Counted from the first letter of the stretch, positions 40,805 to 55,319 are shown. The stretch is DNA of 64,000 bases from Lama glama (GCA_028534125.1 CM052817.1:77688001-77752000), one strand, 5' to 3'. Notes: generated by a model not told the origin, from the sequence alone. Numbers and translations: made by a program.

Positions 40805-40980
40805 AGAGCTCTGCTGATTAGTACAGTAACTATTAGCTACATGTGGCTATTTAAATTTAAAATGATTAAAATAAAATACAATAAAAATTCAGTTACTCAG
40901 TTGCACTAGTGGTAACTGCATTAAACAGCACACATACAGAACATTTCCATCATCACAGAAAGCTCTACCAGACAGTGGTA
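40805..40980. mobile_element. hAT-Charlie MITE (MER3/MER33-like)
   Basis: agctacatgtggctatttaaattt...aacatttccatcatcacagaaag. Confidence 0.7.
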
Positions 40981-41086
40981 TTCTAGAAAAAGAGAGAATT
41001 TGTAATATGAATCAATTATATTCATAGGTGATTTACAAACCTCACTTTTGCTAGTAATTTCTTATTTTTCCATACTTTTCTGAAAG

Positions 41087-41333
41087 TGTTCCTCTAATAA
41101 CATAACTGGCTTGACTTTGAAGTGTTGCCTTCCCCTTGCTCTAGCTCTGGAGAAGGCACTACCCATGGAAAAAACATGCTTAAAGGAAGAAAGAAGGAAA
41201 GCAAAAGTAAGAAGCAGTATAATGTACAAATCATGCAATCAGCTTTTATGAGATCAAGAAACTTGTCTGTACTACACCATAGACAAGTCATTTAGTCTTA
41301 TAGCTTTTGTGTGCAAAAATTTCTTTAAAGGAG
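41087..41333 (+). pseudogene. Pseudo-exon
   Basis: cttttctgaaag acceptor, GAG|gtataa donor. LKCCLPL ... (shift) CTTP*TSHLVL*LLCAKI vs STRC PDCLLPL...ELPWSEQQAQFLWKKM. Confidence 0.6.
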
Positions 41334-42116
41334 GTATAACAGAATGATAGAGTGCTGACTCATCATTTGGGTGATTAGCCTAAAATCAAATAGTACAAAT
41401 AGAAAAAGAAATTAGAAACAGCAAATATAAAAAGACATAGGTAAATTCCAAACCATTCAGTAACAATGTCATCCAACTGCTGCAGAGGATGGAATTATTC
41501 CTTGATATGTCCACACTTACAGGATTCCTGCTGCTTTCTTCCTTTCGGCAATCAGCCCTTTCAGTGGTCTCTTGACGTCTAGGTTTCCAAGCACAACCAC
41601 TAGCTATTCTCTAGATACTACCCTCCTACTTTGAACTTTTCCACCTGGGATTCCTTTCTCAAACCTAATCTAAAAAATGACTGATTATATTCAAGGCAAT
41701 GGCGCAGTACTAGCTATTTAAACGTTCCAGAAAAGTTCCTATTTCCATTACAAACAAATTCATTCCTAGCCTCTTGCTGACCCAATTATGGTGGGTCACT
41801 GTAATTAAATCTCTTACAGTTACCATCTTCTCTTTTTCAAGCTGCATTTTACCCTGTCTCTTTTTCAAACACAATATAATAAATATTAGATTTCAAATAT
41901 TCACAAAGACAAGCCAAAAGAAAAAGGTGTTTGCACATGAGCGTGGATATAATTCACTGCAGTGTTTAATCTTTATCTTTTTAAAACAAACTCTAGCTTT
42001 GGGAGGAATACTGCAGGAAATAGAAAAAGGAAACAATGTCTCACATGCTTCTAAATGTAGTTGAGACACTAAATAAAATATTTAGCCAGTTAACCAAAAC
42101 TTTCACTTTTCATCAG

Positions 42117-42457
42117 CAGGCAATCCTGAGTTTTATGACTTAATATGAATTGTTCATACATTGCATTGTGTAAGATGCATCAATTTCATTTTGGGTAGAA
42201 TTACTGGTGAATATTTATAGGAGTAATTTGGGAAGTCTTACTTTAGAGACTTTTTTTGAATCAAGTAAAAAATATTAAAAATTATAATTTCTAGTGTACT
42301 TTCTTAGGTTTCTGTATACAGTCACCTGCTGGTTATCCACCTGGCATAAGACATGTGCAAGCCTCACTGGGCATACTCTAAAGAACTCAGAGCCTCCTGG
42401 AGTTAATTTCTGGCACACTTTCCTCTAGCAGAAGAAAAGCTACAGCATTCTGTAGAG
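42117..42457 (+). pseudogene. Two pseudo-exons (42117-42169, 42308-42457)
   Basis: ttttcatcag/gtaaga and tttcttag/gtaaga boundaries, phases 0-2 and 2-0. FLYTVTCWLS...SLLELIS vs STRC ALGTLAGGMS...DFLEVVH. Confidence 0.55.
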
Positions 42458-42730
42458 GTAAGACTGACCATGGTGTTAGGCTTGGGAGTATGATAATTTT
42501 TCCAGAAAGCCAAGAAGTTACAGATTTGACTCAGAGCTAGTACATCAATATTTTTACTAAAAATAGAGGAATGGATGAGATAATAAAATCACTGGATAAA
42601 GTGTAGTGGAAGTCCACATTTGGGGCTGAGCTATGCTTACTGTCAGAGTTCAGATATTTGCTGGAACATAGCTATAGATTGTCTGAAGTTTATTTATTAT
42701 TTTCCCTGGCTGCTCAGCCCTCAGCCCTAG

Positions 42731-42892
42731 GCGGCTGGTAAACAGTCACTCGCACACCCCGCATCTGAAGTCTATTTGAATGAAGAGTTTAGAAATCTTC
42801 TTGGAAAGACATCATCTTTAAGGAAAGAGAAATTTAAGAATGACAAAAGTATCCCTATAATAAACTCTTCATTATTGGAGTTTCAATTTTGA
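42731..42892 (+). pseudogene. Probable pseudo-exon
   Basis: VYLNEEFRNLLG...IPIINSSLLEFQ vs STRC CIWAELQRRMA...LNGLDSKLLLDLP. Confidence 0.5.
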
Positions 42893-43719
42893 GTACAGCC
42901 ATGCTGGTCTGTCTCCAATTTGATTCCTGGGGGAATGAGGGATGTGCTCTCTGTACCTCCAGTATGCACTTTTTAAGAAATACTGAGAGTCTTTTTGAGG
43001 TACTTTGGTGCTTGATTAATTGAGGTACAAAGGGTCAGTGTTGTACATGATCAAAGGAGCAAAACAGACTGATATTTATATGTGGATAATCTTTCAGTTC
43101 CTTCTTTTTCATGCTAGATGACATCCTTCAATCAATTCAGACAACATTCAAAGTCCTTAATCTGTATATTAGGAACACAGCGGAGAGCATGACAGACACA
43201 GTCTCTTTCTTGAGAATAGTATGGTCTCATGGAGGAGGCAGATCTCAAAAATAAGTACAACACTAATTACACAATTACAAGAATGTGAGAATTTATGATG
43301 GGGGATCTAATCTAACAAGGAATACATAAGGAAAGCCTCTTACAGTGAGATTTATGTTTAAAGCTACAGAGGGGTCCAGTAAAGCAGGTCAGTGGAGTAT
43401 GGTGAAAGCATTACAAATATAAAGAGAAGCACATGCAAAGACCTTGGGGCAAGAATGAATCCACTGTGTTTGAAGAAAAGAAAGATGCTAGTAGTGCAGC
43501 TGCTGCAAATAGATGGAAGAGAAAAAAGAAAGGTGAGGCTGCAGAGGCAGGCAGGGACCAGATCATAGAGGGCTCTGAGTAGGAAGTGACATGATTAGAA
43601 TTGCTTCAGTACAAGTCCACTTTGGCTGTGTGTTGGTGAACGGATTACAAAATGGCCAGAATGAATGTGGGGAGCCTACTGCAATAACCAAACCAAGGGA
43701 CATCTATGACTTTAGACTA

Positions 43720-44080
43720 GAGTGGTAGCTCCTAAAGTGTTGTCCATAGACCCGTAGGAGGCCCAGAGATGCTTTAAGGGGGGTTGCAAGGTAAAAATTA
43801 TTCTCATAATAATGCTAAGATATTATGAGCCCTTTAAATTGTTTTGACATTTGCTCTGATGGTACAAAAGCAAGGGTGGGTCGGGTGGGTAAACTTCTGG
43901 AAATTTAGTTCTAATTAAGGCTTATAGTCATCGAACTCTTCGTCTTAACATATTCTCAGTGAAAACAGCAAGTTAGCAAGTTTTATTTAAGAATATCCTT
44001 GATGAAGCAGAAACATTTACTGATTTTATTAAATCTCATCCCTGAGTAGACATCTTTTTAATATTGTGTGAAAAAACGGT
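43720..44080. mobile_element. hAT Charlie1-like fragment
   Basis: gacatttgctctgatggtacaaaagcaa and ttaagaatatccttgatgaagcag motifs. Confidence 0.6.
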
Positions 44081-44439
44081 GAAACATGTTGCAGAAGTAG
44101 CTCAAAGTTATGAACAACTTCCCATATCAGAAGCTGTTTTTCTCTTTGTGGTAGCAGAGGTCAGTTGCTCAATGTAGCAGAAAGCTAAAGAAAGACAGCA
44201 TATGAGAGTAGATGCTCTAAAAGAAGAGAGATAAAGACAATGCAGGAATATACAAATATATCCATCGGCAGTCATGAGCCACTCTACAAAGCTAATTAAC
44301 CTCTCTCAGTTCTGCCTGTTACATAGTCATAATAGACAGGCTCTCAGGGTGACTCTGGCAAGCCATTGTCTGTTGGGTACTAATAATGATGTGTTAGAGT
44401 AAGCTCATAACGGATTAGGAGAACAGATTGTGTTTGTCT

Positions 44440-44939
44440 NNNNNNNNNNNNNNNNNNNNNNNNNNNNNNNNNNNNNNNNNNNNNNNNNNNNNNNNNNNNN
44501 NNNNNNNNNNNNNNNNNNNNNNNNNNNNNNNNNNNNNNNNNNNNNNNNNNNNNNNNNNNNNNNNNNNNNNNNNNNNNNNNNNNNNNNNNNNNNNNNNNNN
44601 NNNNNNNNNNNNNNNNNNNNNNNNNNNNNNNNNNNNNNNNNNNNNNNNNNNNNNNNNNNNNNNNNNNNNNNNNNNNNNNNNNNNNNNNNNNNNNNNNNNN
44701 NNNNNNNNNNNNNNNNNNNNNNNNNNNNNNNNNNNNNNNNNNNNNNNNNNNNNNNNNNNNNNNNNNNNNNNNNNNNNNNNNNNNNNNNNNNNNNNNNNNN
44801 NNNNNNNNNNNNNNNNNNNNNNNNNNNNNNNNNNNNNNNNNNNNNNNNNNNNNNNNNNNNNNNNNNNNNNNNNNNNNNNNNNNNNNNNNNNNNNNNNNNN
44901 NNNNNNNNNNNNNNNNNNNNNNNNNNNNNNNNNNNNNNN
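44440..44939. other. Assembly gap (500 N)
   Basis: Run of N. Confidence 1.
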
Positions 44940-45262
44940 GCAGGAATGTATTCAATCAATTTAGTTTTGTCCTAAACAGTATACTCTTAAAAGAAAATAG
45001 CTCACAATGGAAGAAAATTGCTCATAACTATGTATTTTCTAAACATAAGTGGACAAACATGCTGAAATCAAAGTCACATCAGAGAAACTGACCCAAAATA
45101 ATTTGCTAGAGGGAAGTTCATGTACACTCAGAACTCATGGAACTCTAACTCTGGCTGAAGACTTTGTAAATAAATCTTGTACAGCATAGTGGTTTGGAGG
45201 TTAAAGGCTATTTAGTATAAATAAGCAAAAACAGAGCTTGTATTTGACATACTCTATTACAG

Positions 45263-45420
45263 AAGACTTTCCTCAAGGTTTTCAAGTATTGGAATTCATA
45301 ATAGAAAGCCAAATATGTCCTTGGAAGTCTAATGGATGTCATCAATTATATGATATTTTTAAACATGTATACTGGGACCATGAGCTTTGAACTATTTGAA
45401 AAATCCTTATGATGTCCTGC
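45263..45420 (+). pseudogene. Pseudo-exon (3' end approximate)
   Basis: ctctattacag acceptor. LKVFKYWNS**KAKYVL...ELFEKSL*C vs STRC IQLMDRLSNESIMLVV...ALAERALQNL. Confidence 0.55.
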
Positions 45421-45912
45421 AGATTTGCATGCAATTTTAATTTCCAAATTTGGGATATCATTGATCTTTATTAAGAGAAAAGATAACTGCCTACTCTGTG
45501 CCAAGCAGAGCATAAGGTTCTTCATTTATAACGCTCAGTTTCTTACAACAACCAACAATGTAGGCATTCTACCCACAATTTACATATGAAGACTCTGAGA
45601 TTCAAGCTGTAAGAACCAACTTTGTGGGGAGCTCTCAAACTTCACTCATTCATTTATTTATTTATCTTAAGCAAATAAACTCATGCTTCATTCACTGAGA
45701 GAGATATGTTTATCTATTACAGATTGAAAAGGAAATGGTGTGATTCTCACGTCTGCGGAAATTCCAGGAAAGACTGAGTATGTGATGGGTCATTGATCCA
45801 AGGGGTCCCTTTCAAGAATAGGATGATGAAGGAGGAGTTTAGAATCTGGCAAAGAGGGTCAGGGAAAGAGCAGACCATAGACTTAGGTATTTTGAAGAAT
45901 CTACTGTGTTGT

Positions 45913-45958
<46 letters not shown>

Positions 45959-45970
45959 TGATAGATAGAT
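45913..45970. repeat. (GATA)n microsatellite
   Basis: Direct tandem run. Confidence 0.95.
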
Positions 45971-47598
45971 GGGTGTATGTTTCACATCTCCACGTTGAAT
46001 CTCAAGGGCTGAGAAACACCATTTTTCTTCTATATTCTATATTTTTTATTCTCTATCCAGCTCCCTTGCCCGGTAGTTACTCCACACTTAGGAGTCAGCC
46101 CATTCACCAGCCACCATATACCTACAGGTTCAGAAGACATGAAATAGTTCTAGGAACCAGGGGAAATACTACAAATTTCTCACTCCCCAGTGTCTTGACC
46201 CTCAGATTCCTGTGGAGGAGATCCTGGGGTGGAGTGAAGTTGCGGGTTAAATTTAATTCAGTTCAATTCAATTCAATTAAAAAGCATAATCTTTCTCAGA
46301 AGACCACCTGCTATCCCTCTCTCTGACTGTTCCTTTCTCTCTTCTTCAGAGTTAACTTGAAAAATATGACCCATCACTTCTGGAAATTTGTTTCCCCTAA
46401 CCCCTGCCCATCTGAGACAAAGATGAGATGAGTGGTGCCTCTATTAAATCCCTTATTTCAGTTTGTTTTAAGACTTGACTTATTTGAAGCTCTGACTCTA
46501 CTCTTTTGACTCCCTAGCCTAAGCAATCCTGCAGCAACCTATGACCCAGAAGAAAGATGACAGAGCTGGAGCTGGCAAAGTGCAATATGTAGATAAGAGT
46601 GATTTTTATCATCTTTGACATAGCCTAGTATAAGTCATATCTGTGTCCATCTGGTTCAGTATTTTATTACCAATAGAAAAATCTCAAGAGTATAGCATCA
46701 AGTTTAAAATTTAGGTACACACCAGCTTCTTTTAATAACATACAATCATATGAATTTAGAGCTAGAGAGGACTTCTGTTTTTCTGTTTAGTCCAATGTCC
46801 TCAACTTACCTTTGAAATAAAAAAATAATAATAACTTCTGACATAGGCCAAGTCAAGTATAGGCTTTTTATATACATGTTATCTATACATATATTTTATA
46901 TTCTCTCAAATTATTACAATAAACATCAGTGTAGAAATCATTATCCTCAATTTATAGTTGAAGACAGATATTTAGAGAATTTAGGAAGACTTAAAGATTT
47001 TTAATATAAAGGGAAGCAGACATTAAAAGAAATTATTCCAACTGTAACATAGAAAAATTTTCAGGCTACAAAAGTGGATGTGAGGAAGTCAGTTGTGGCT
47101 TATAGTATTAGTCTCATGACGTCAATCAAGTCTGGACTAAATGTGGTGAGGATGAAAAGAAGGTGACAACAGAATCAACAGATATTCAGAATATAGAACT
47201 AATGGAACTGGGTGATAGATTTGTTGTGGGAGGTTAGAGGAAGGAGCAGGAAGAGCCAGATTTGACAACTAGTTTTTAGCGTGAACAATTGACTGGATGG
47301 TGGAGACACTTGCAAAAATGAAAATTCCTGGCAAGAAGATTTGGGAAGTGGTAAGTGGGGCAGGAAACAGAGAAAGGGTGGTAGGGGATAGGAGAGCAGG
47401 AACTGATGACATGATATAGGCAAAGTTTTCTAATAGTTTTTAGGATTGGAGACCTGACAGTACATTTTCAACCCAATGCCCTCTCAACTCTTTCCTTTCC
47501 CCTTACCCATGGGGCAATCCAAAAGGCACCTGGGCCTTGGGTTTGAAAATGTGGATATTAACTACATTTTCTGGGTAAATACAGAGGTTGATGTTTAG

Positions 47599-48040
47599 CA
47601 ACTCACTTGATATAAATATGGTAGATTCATATGGTAGATCTCACAGACCTTGTGAACCCCTTGGACTTAGTTAGATTTTAGGTAACTTGAGACAAAGGGT
47701 ATTGTCGTAGAAGAATTACTAGTATAATAGGGATCTCAGCTCAACCTAAACTCGGATTTGAAATTTTGGTGTGTGCTTGATGGAAAGGCACAGCTAAAGT
47801 TCAAAGAGGCTATTTGTGTGTAGTATACATAGTAGGAAAGTATCTTTAATGAGGATGGAGTCTGGAGACGGAAATGGTAAGGCATATGAGTGGACAGGAG
47901 GCTATCTCTTTTACTAATGGGTCCCATGCAGTTAGACTGAACTGATGGAGACATGGGCTGCAAGAAGAATCTGTTTCCATTGACACAGAAGTACCCATCT
48001 TGTGGCTTAAGGGCCAAGGAGATGAAGCAGAATATAGTTT
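47599..48040 (+). pseudogene. Pseudo-exon region (boundaries approximate)
   Basis: CEPLG/LVRF*VT ... SDLKFWCVLDG...ESIFNEDGVW vs STRC LETLGPLVGFLGT...SQLQGFCL...ESVLGKPELW. Confidence 0.65.
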
Positions 48041-48044
48041 AGGG

Positions 48045-48835
48045 AAGAACATCATTTTCTCTCAGCACCTTAAATATTTTGCTCCATGTTCTTTTTGCTT
48101 ACATGGTTTCCAAGAAGTCAGATGTGATTCTTATCTTTGTTCCTCTGTAGATAAGGTGTTTTTTCCCTCCGACTTTTTCAGGATTTTTTTTCTTCTCCTA
48201 TGGTTTTCCATAATTAGAAAATGACATGCCAGGGTATAGGGTTTTTGTGGGTTCTGGTTTTGGTTTTTGTTTATTTTTTTGCATTTATCCTGCTTAGTAG
48301 TCTCTGCTCTCCTGGATCTGTGGCTTGGCATATGACATTAATTTGGGGACATTCCCAGTCGCTACTATTTCAAATATTTCTTCTGTTCCTTTCTTTCTTT
48401 TTTTGGTACTCTCATTATGCATATGTTACACCTTTTGTAGTTGTTCCAGGTCCTTGGATTTTCTGTTCTGTTTCGTTCAGTCTTTGTTTTGGTTTTTGAG
48501 GATTGCTCGTCTGTTCTTGCACACTGCCTTCTTTAACCACTAAAGTCCTTAACATATTACTCATATGAGTTTTAAATTCCTGGTCTGATAATTCCAACAT
48601 CCCTGTCATATCTGGCTCTAATGCTTGTTCTATATCTTCAAATTGTGTTTTTGCCTTTTTGTATGCCTTGTAATTTTTCATGATAGCCGAATATGATGTA
48701 TTGCTAAAAGAAACTTCCATAAATAGGCCTTTACTAATGTGGTGGTAAGGTGTGCAGGGAGGGTAAGAGTTCTCTAGCCCTGTGATTAGACTGCAATCTC
48801 TTAGTGAGCCTGTGCCTCTGGACTGTGAAGGAGCA
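48045..48835 (-). mobile_element. Old L1M 5'/ORF1-region fragment
   Basis: Antisense MLELSDQEFKT ORF1-like motif. Confidence 0.7.
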
Positions 48836-49981
48836 TCCTTTTCACCATGTCTAGACATAACACAGCCTAGTTCTGAGATGACAAAGGCTGTTTGGGCTTG
48901 AGGGTTTTAATTTGGGAGAACCAGGATAGGAGCCAGCACTCTGAGCAGGGAGCCAGTGTCAAGTACCACTCTCAAGTGGCTCTGCTAGCCAGGACCTCAG
49001 CAAGGAATACCAAGAAGAAAAATCTGGGAGGAGTTCTCTCCAACTCTGTGCTATACATTTGGGGGCTATGGAAATGAGTGGATGAGACCTTGCAATTACA
49101 TGTGGAGGGCCATGAGGTTTGAGACATTACTGTTATTGTGACTTTGTTTGTAAGTACAGAGTGGTGAGGCTTGGGGTAAATGCAACTATGTGAGGAAAGT
49201 ACTTCTTAAGCTGAAGTGTGCTTCAGAGTAACTGGTGGGACTTTTAAAAAGAGATCTCTGCCCATGTTCCGTTGCAGGGTTTCTGTTATAGAAAGGTTAT
49301 GTCAGCATCTTGGCAACTGTGTTATGAAAAAGCTAAATAAGTAATTCTGATCCTTATGCCTGGTTAAAAATTACTGCCTTAAATTTATTAGAATTGAGTC
49401 ATTTGACACTAGTCAACTAGCTTGCAAAAGAGAAAGAATTTACATATTTGGAGGTATTTCTCTTTTAGATTTCATTGTTTTATATTCTTATCCTCTTCTC
49501 CCCAGCTTTCCACATTCCCACTAAAACAGCTTCCTTTCCCTAATATTGGTTTTCTTAACTCCTCACTGAAGGCTTCTCTGAAAGAGAATTATTGGGAAAC
49601 CCAGCCAGCCTTAGACTCTTAGATTCTCCATACTTGGACTTAGATGAAAAGAAAAATTAAGAATGTAAACATCCTTTTTCTTCCTTAGGGAAAAAAAAGC
49701 TCACAATTTTGTTTGATCAGTTCAATGTTAAACAATTGTGTGAATATTTTTCTTGAAACATCCTCTCTCTTCCATAGCTCACTCTACTGTTATTTTTGCT
49801 TAAAAGTTATCAGTGGAATTTAGACATCAAAGCATCTTCACTTCATTTCTCCACTTTGGCTCCACAGGCACCAGAGTTGTGAGCCACAAATATGATCCCT
49901 CGCCATACATAATTTCATTCCTGTCTAAGCTGGAGGAGAATGGTTTTCTTTTTGTAGAATCTACCATATTTAAAATAAGCT

Positions 49982-52888
49982 AGAGAATACTATGAACAAT
50001 TATATGGCAACAAATTGGACAACCCAGAAGAAACTGACAAGTTTCCAGAAACATATAGTTCACTAAAAGTGAATCTAGAAGAAATAGATAATTTGAATAG
50101 ACTGATCACTAGGAGTGAGATAGAATAAGTAATAAAAAAAAGCCTCCCTACAAACAAAAGTCCAGGACCAGATGGCTTCACTGGGGAATTCTACCAAACA
50201 TACAAAGAAGAACTCATACTGGTCCTTATTAAACTCTTCCAAAAGATTGAAGAGGAGGGAACACTCCCAAACTCATTCTATGAAGCCACCATCAACCTGA
50301 TACCAAAAAACAGACAAAGACACCATCAAAAAGAAAATTATAGGCCAATATCTACGATAAATATAAGTGCAAAAATTCTCAGCAAAATATTAGCAAACAG
50401 AATTCAACACCATATATAAAAGATCATACACTATGATCAAGTTGGATTCATTCCACAGATACAAGGATGGTTCATCATATGCGAATCAATCAATGTGATA
50501 CGCTATATCAACAAAAGAAAGGACAAAAATCACACGATCATCTCAACAGATGCAGAAAAGGCATTTGATAAAATTCAACACCCATTTATGACAAAAACTC
50601 TTACCAAACTGGGTAGGTTCCTTCTATAACATAATAAAAGTTACTTATGACAAACCCACAGCCAACATAATACTCAACGGTGAAAAGGTGAAAGCCTTCC
50701 CACTAAAATCTGGAACAAGACGAGGATGCTCACTCTAGCCACTTCTATTCGACATAGTATTGGAAGTTCTAGCCATAGCAACCAGACAAGAAAAAGAAAT
50801 AAGAGGGATCTAAATTGGAAGAGAAGTAAAATTGTCACTACATGTGGATGACATGACACTATATACAGAAAACCTTAAAGACTCTACACAAAAACTACTA
50901 GATCTGATAAACGAATTTAACAAGATAGCAGGATACAAGATTAACATATAGAACTCTGTTGCATTTCTTTACTCTAACAATGAAATATCAGAAAAGGAAA
51001 GTAAAAAAAAAAATTCCTTTTAAAATCACATCAAAAAATAAAATACCTAGGAATAAACCTGACAAAGAAAGTGAAAAACTTATACATTGAGAACTATAAA
51101 ACATTGATTAAGAAAATTAATGATTTAAAGAAATGGAAATATATCTCATGCTCCTGGATTGGAAAAATTTATATTGTTAAAATGGCCATACTACCCAAAG
51201 CAATCTGTATATTTAATGCAACCCCTACCAAATTACTCAGGACATTTTTCACAGAACTAGAACAAATAATCCTAAAATGTATATAAAATCACAAAAGACC
51301 CAGAAATGCCAAAGCAATACTAAAGAAAAAGAACAAATCTAGAGGAATAACCCTCCCAGACTTCAGATAATACTAGAGCTACAGTAATCAAACCAGCATG
51401 GTATTGGCACAAAAATAGACATACAGACCAATGGATCAGAACAGAACACACAGAAATAAACCCACACACATACAGTCAATTAATCTTTGACAAAGGAGAG
51501 AAGACTATGCAATGGAGAAAAGACAGTCTCTTTGGCAAACAGTGTTGGGGAATTGGACAATCGCATGTAAACCAACGAAGCTAGAACACTCCCTCACACC
51601 AAACACAAAAATAAACTTCAAATGGCTTAAAGACTTTAACATAAGATAAGACGCTATAAACCTCTTAGAAGAAAACATAGGCAAAACATTCTCTGACATT
51701 AATCTTAACAATGTTCTCCTAGGGTAGTCTACCCAAGAAATAGAAATAAAAGCAAAAATAAATAAATGGGATGTAATCAAACTTATAAGCTATTTCACAG
51801 CAAAGGAAACCATAAACAAAATGAATAGACAATCTAATGGAATGGGAGAAAATATTTGCAAAAAATGAGACTGACAAGGGCTTAATTTCTAGAATATACA
51901 AACAACTCACACAACTCAGTAACAAACCAAACAAACAAACAATCCAATCCAAAAATGGGCAGAAGACATAAACAAGCATTTCTCCAGTGGAGACATCAAT
52001 TGGCCAATAGGCATAAGAAAAAAATGCTCAATATTGCTAATTATCAGAGAAATGCAAATCAAAACTACAATGAAGTATCACCTCACACCACTCAGAATGG
52101 CCATCATTCACAAGTCCACAAATGATAAATGCTGGAGAGGGTCTGGAGAAAACTCTCCTACACTGTTGGTGGGAATGTAGTTTGATGCAGCCATTATAGA
52201 AAACAGTATGGAGATTCCTCAAAAAGCTAAAAATAGACCTACCGTAAGATCCCACAATCCCACTCCTGGGCATATATCCAGAGGGAACTCTAAAGATATA
52301 TTTGAAAAGATATATCCAGCCCAGTGCTCATAGTAGCACTATTTACAATAGCCAAGTCATGGAAGCAACCTAAATATCCATTGACAGAGGACTGGCTAAA
52401 GCACTTGTGGAATATATATACACAATGGAATACTACTCAGCCATAAAAAAGTAATGCCATTTGTAGCAACATGGATGGACCTGGAGATTGTGACACTAAG
52501 TGAAGCAAGCCAGAAAGACAAAGAAAAATACCATAGGATATCACTTATATGTGGAATCTGAAAAAAAAAAAAGACACAAATGAACTTATTTCAAAACAAA
52601 CACACTCACAGACACAGAAAACAAACTTATGGTTACCAAGGGGGAAAGGGAGTGTGGAAGGATAAATTAGGAGTTTGGGATTTGCAGATAATAACTACTA
52701 TATATAAAATAGATAAACAGCAAGGTCCTATTGTATAGCACAGGGAACAATGTTCAATATCTTGTAATAATCTATAATGAAAGAGAATATTAAAAGGAAT
52801 ATATATATATGTATAAGTGAAACACTATGCTGTACACCACAAATTAACACAACATTGTAAACCAACTATATGTCAATTAAAAAAAAAA
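49982..52888 (+). mobile_element. 5'-truncated L1, ~2.9 kb (RT and C-terminal ORF2, 3' UTR)
   Basis: [32 protein letters not shown]; frameshifted; A tail; flanking ctaga repeats. Confidence 0.95.
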
Positions 52889-53112
52889 CTAGATCACTGA
52901 ACTAATTCCTGGTTAATGAATCCTTTTTTTCTCAGTTTTATCCATAATTCTTAACCCAACAGAACTTTAGTCTTCTTGACATAAAACTACAATATAAGTG
53001 TATGGCAATTTTTTTTTCAGTGCAAAAATTTCAAATGTCCATTCTATTAACTGAGAAAGTGGAGGTCAAAGTCACATCAGGAATTAAATATATTTTTCCA
53101 TTTACTCTCCAG

Positions 53113-53480
53113 GAATTAAAGAAGAAAAAAAATAGATCAAGCTCCAGTTTTAAAGCGCCATAATTCAGCAGAATTTCTGCATTACTTTCTCAGAGGAAGA
53201 AGTCTGACTTTCTAAAGAGAGAAATGATGCATTAAGTGCAGGGGGGAAAAAAAGTACAGTCTTCAGTCTTGGGAATGTAATAACCTGTGGTCAGCTGAGT
53301 GCCCTGGGGCAGACTGACCCAATCAGCTGCTGGGAAAGTAACATCACTGTTTTGCTGTACAGAGAGACACATTCTAATAAGACGTGGTCCACCATGTGCA
53401 GAGCTCTTGGTATCATGAGAAAAGGAACCGCAGTTTCTTCAACTGAGAAACTGGAGAATGTCTTACCTATCCTTTTGTTT
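53113..53480 (+). pseudogene. Pseudo-exon (3' end approximate)
   Basis: tttactctccag acceptor. SQRKKSDFL...(shift) VITCGQLSALGQTDPISCWESNI...CRALG...STEKLENVL vs STRC AAKKAALV...[20 protein letters not shown]...CLTLF...GPEELRAAM. Confidence 0.65.
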
Positions 53481-54128
53481 TTTTAAGGCTGTCTTCTCTT
53501 TTTAAATTAGCTTTGTGATAATATTTTAATTTAAAAGTTGATAATGTAAATTAGAAGTGCTTAATAATTTACTACTTGACATTGATAGATGACATTTCTC
53601 TCTTCACTTAAAAATTTTCAAAGAAAATATATCTAAATGAGAATTTAATGTTTATTGACCACAAGACAAAATGGAAACTGAAACTCTTTATCTCATTTTT
53701 TTCATTCTTTAATTTATTCACTTGATTTGGATTTACTATTCATAAGGTGAAAAGAAACTTCCGTTTTCCTCAAAACTTCTGTTCTTTACTGAGTGACTTT
53801 AGACAATTGATTTGCCCTATCCAAACCTCAGTGTTTTTACTTGGACATTAGGGAAAAAATGTGAGTACCTACATTGCCTCCACAAATTTATTAATATTTT
53901 TACCAGCTAGACAATTGCCATTCTCTTAAACACATGAAAATCATCTTTAGAAAATGTTTTTATTTCCGTTGATTTGTCATTTTAATTTAAGCAAAAACAT
54001 ACAAATCTCCTATCTTTTTCCACCACCCCCACGTCCTGCTGCCCCTCAACCCCTTCATGTGAACATGCTGATTTCAGCGGATATGTAAGTGAATACGGAT
54101 ATATAGATCTGAGTGTTCATTGTCCTAG

Positions 54129-54400
54129 AACAGTGCTAGTATTCCATAAAGGCCCAAAGTGTCATGCAACTAAATTCCTTACTAACGGAAGATGGTTTTC
54201 TGGAAAACAGAAAGACTCAAATTAAGTGGCTATTAAGCACACGCTCCATGGATGACTGGGGTGAAGTCATATCATTTCAACAGCTTTTGTTATATAATTT
54301 TTATATAGGTGTGTTTTATAAGAAAGCTACCCTGAAAAATAGGGAAATGATAAGGGCTGTCTGTGGATTTCTTTATTTAATTCTTAAATTGACTTGGGCT
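54129..54400 (+). pseudogene. Pseudo-exon (includes track ORF 54164-54403)
   Basis: IKAQSVMQLNSLLTEDG...KWLLSTRSMDDWG...RAVCGF vs STRC FRPEQILQLGRLLIGLG...DWGVLSTLGQIDGWS...YTLCGL. Confidence 0.75.
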
Positions 54401-55319
54401 TAATGTTTGAGGGTTTCTATCCACACTCCATGGCTACACATCTACACTGCATACACACAGAGGAAAAGAGGAATGCATTTTATAATTTCAGAGACCTGAG
54501 GATAGGAATAACTAAGTAGATACTTGCCTGGAGACACTTACTATAATGTTTAAAATGTTCTTTTACAGTTATTTTACAAGAACCCCAAGATTCCTCAGTT
54601 TTGGGGAACTCAAAGGAAGGAAAGGGCTGTAGCTGATTTTGAGTCTGATGTATGTGTAAAAATAAGGACACAATTGAGGTTGAAATGCCAGTCTGAGATT
54701 TCCCTTGAGGTATTGCTTTAACTTCTGTTTCATCAAAAACATATAAAGAAGTTTCTATGTGTAAAACACTGTGGTTTGGCAATGGATACAGAGGGGAATT
54801 AGACATGGTCCTTGCTTTCAAAGGAGATTTTAATCTGGTGAGAGTGACAGACTGGAGGGAGTACACAAAATAGATGTAGGGAGTGAACATGATGTGGGCT
54901 CGGAAAATGCTGAAGGTGAGCTGAGAAGAAAAGGCTACAGCCTTGTGTGTTTTGGGGAATGTCTTTAATCCCCATCCTGCAGAGTGACCAAAGTTACACA
55001 ACCTAGGTTGGAAGGGGCACCTGTAAATCAATCTCACCTGACTCTGGATCTGATGGCACTCATTAGTCCACCCATAATATCTAGTATTTTAATAACACCT
55101 ATAACCTCAGTAGTTCTTAAACTTTAGAAAAATGTGTATCTTAAGCTCTCTTGTTTCATTTTCGCAGGCTGTAAAAAGAGAATGACAAGGCCTACCCCAC
55201 AAAGTGGTTGAGAGAATTAAATAAGATAATCATAAAAAGTACCTAGCATTGATCCCAAAGCAAAAACTCAATAAATGACAAGGATTGTGTTCTTCTTTCT
55301 GTCTTCCTTTTTCTGGGAG

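Noticed and set aside
41521..41669. Minus-strand exon-like segment (ttttttag ... gtaagt)
   Set aside because: Stops in all three frames and no partner exons found.
44380..44975. Long ORFs of 178-191 aa
   Set aside because: Artefacts of translating through the N gap.
49982..52888. Active L1 or domesticated reverse transcriptase
   Set aside because: 5'-truncated, with stops and frameshifts.
54480..55037. 185-aa minus-strand ORF
   Set aside because: No recognisable protein, and it overlaps L2/MIR-like sequence; likely chance.
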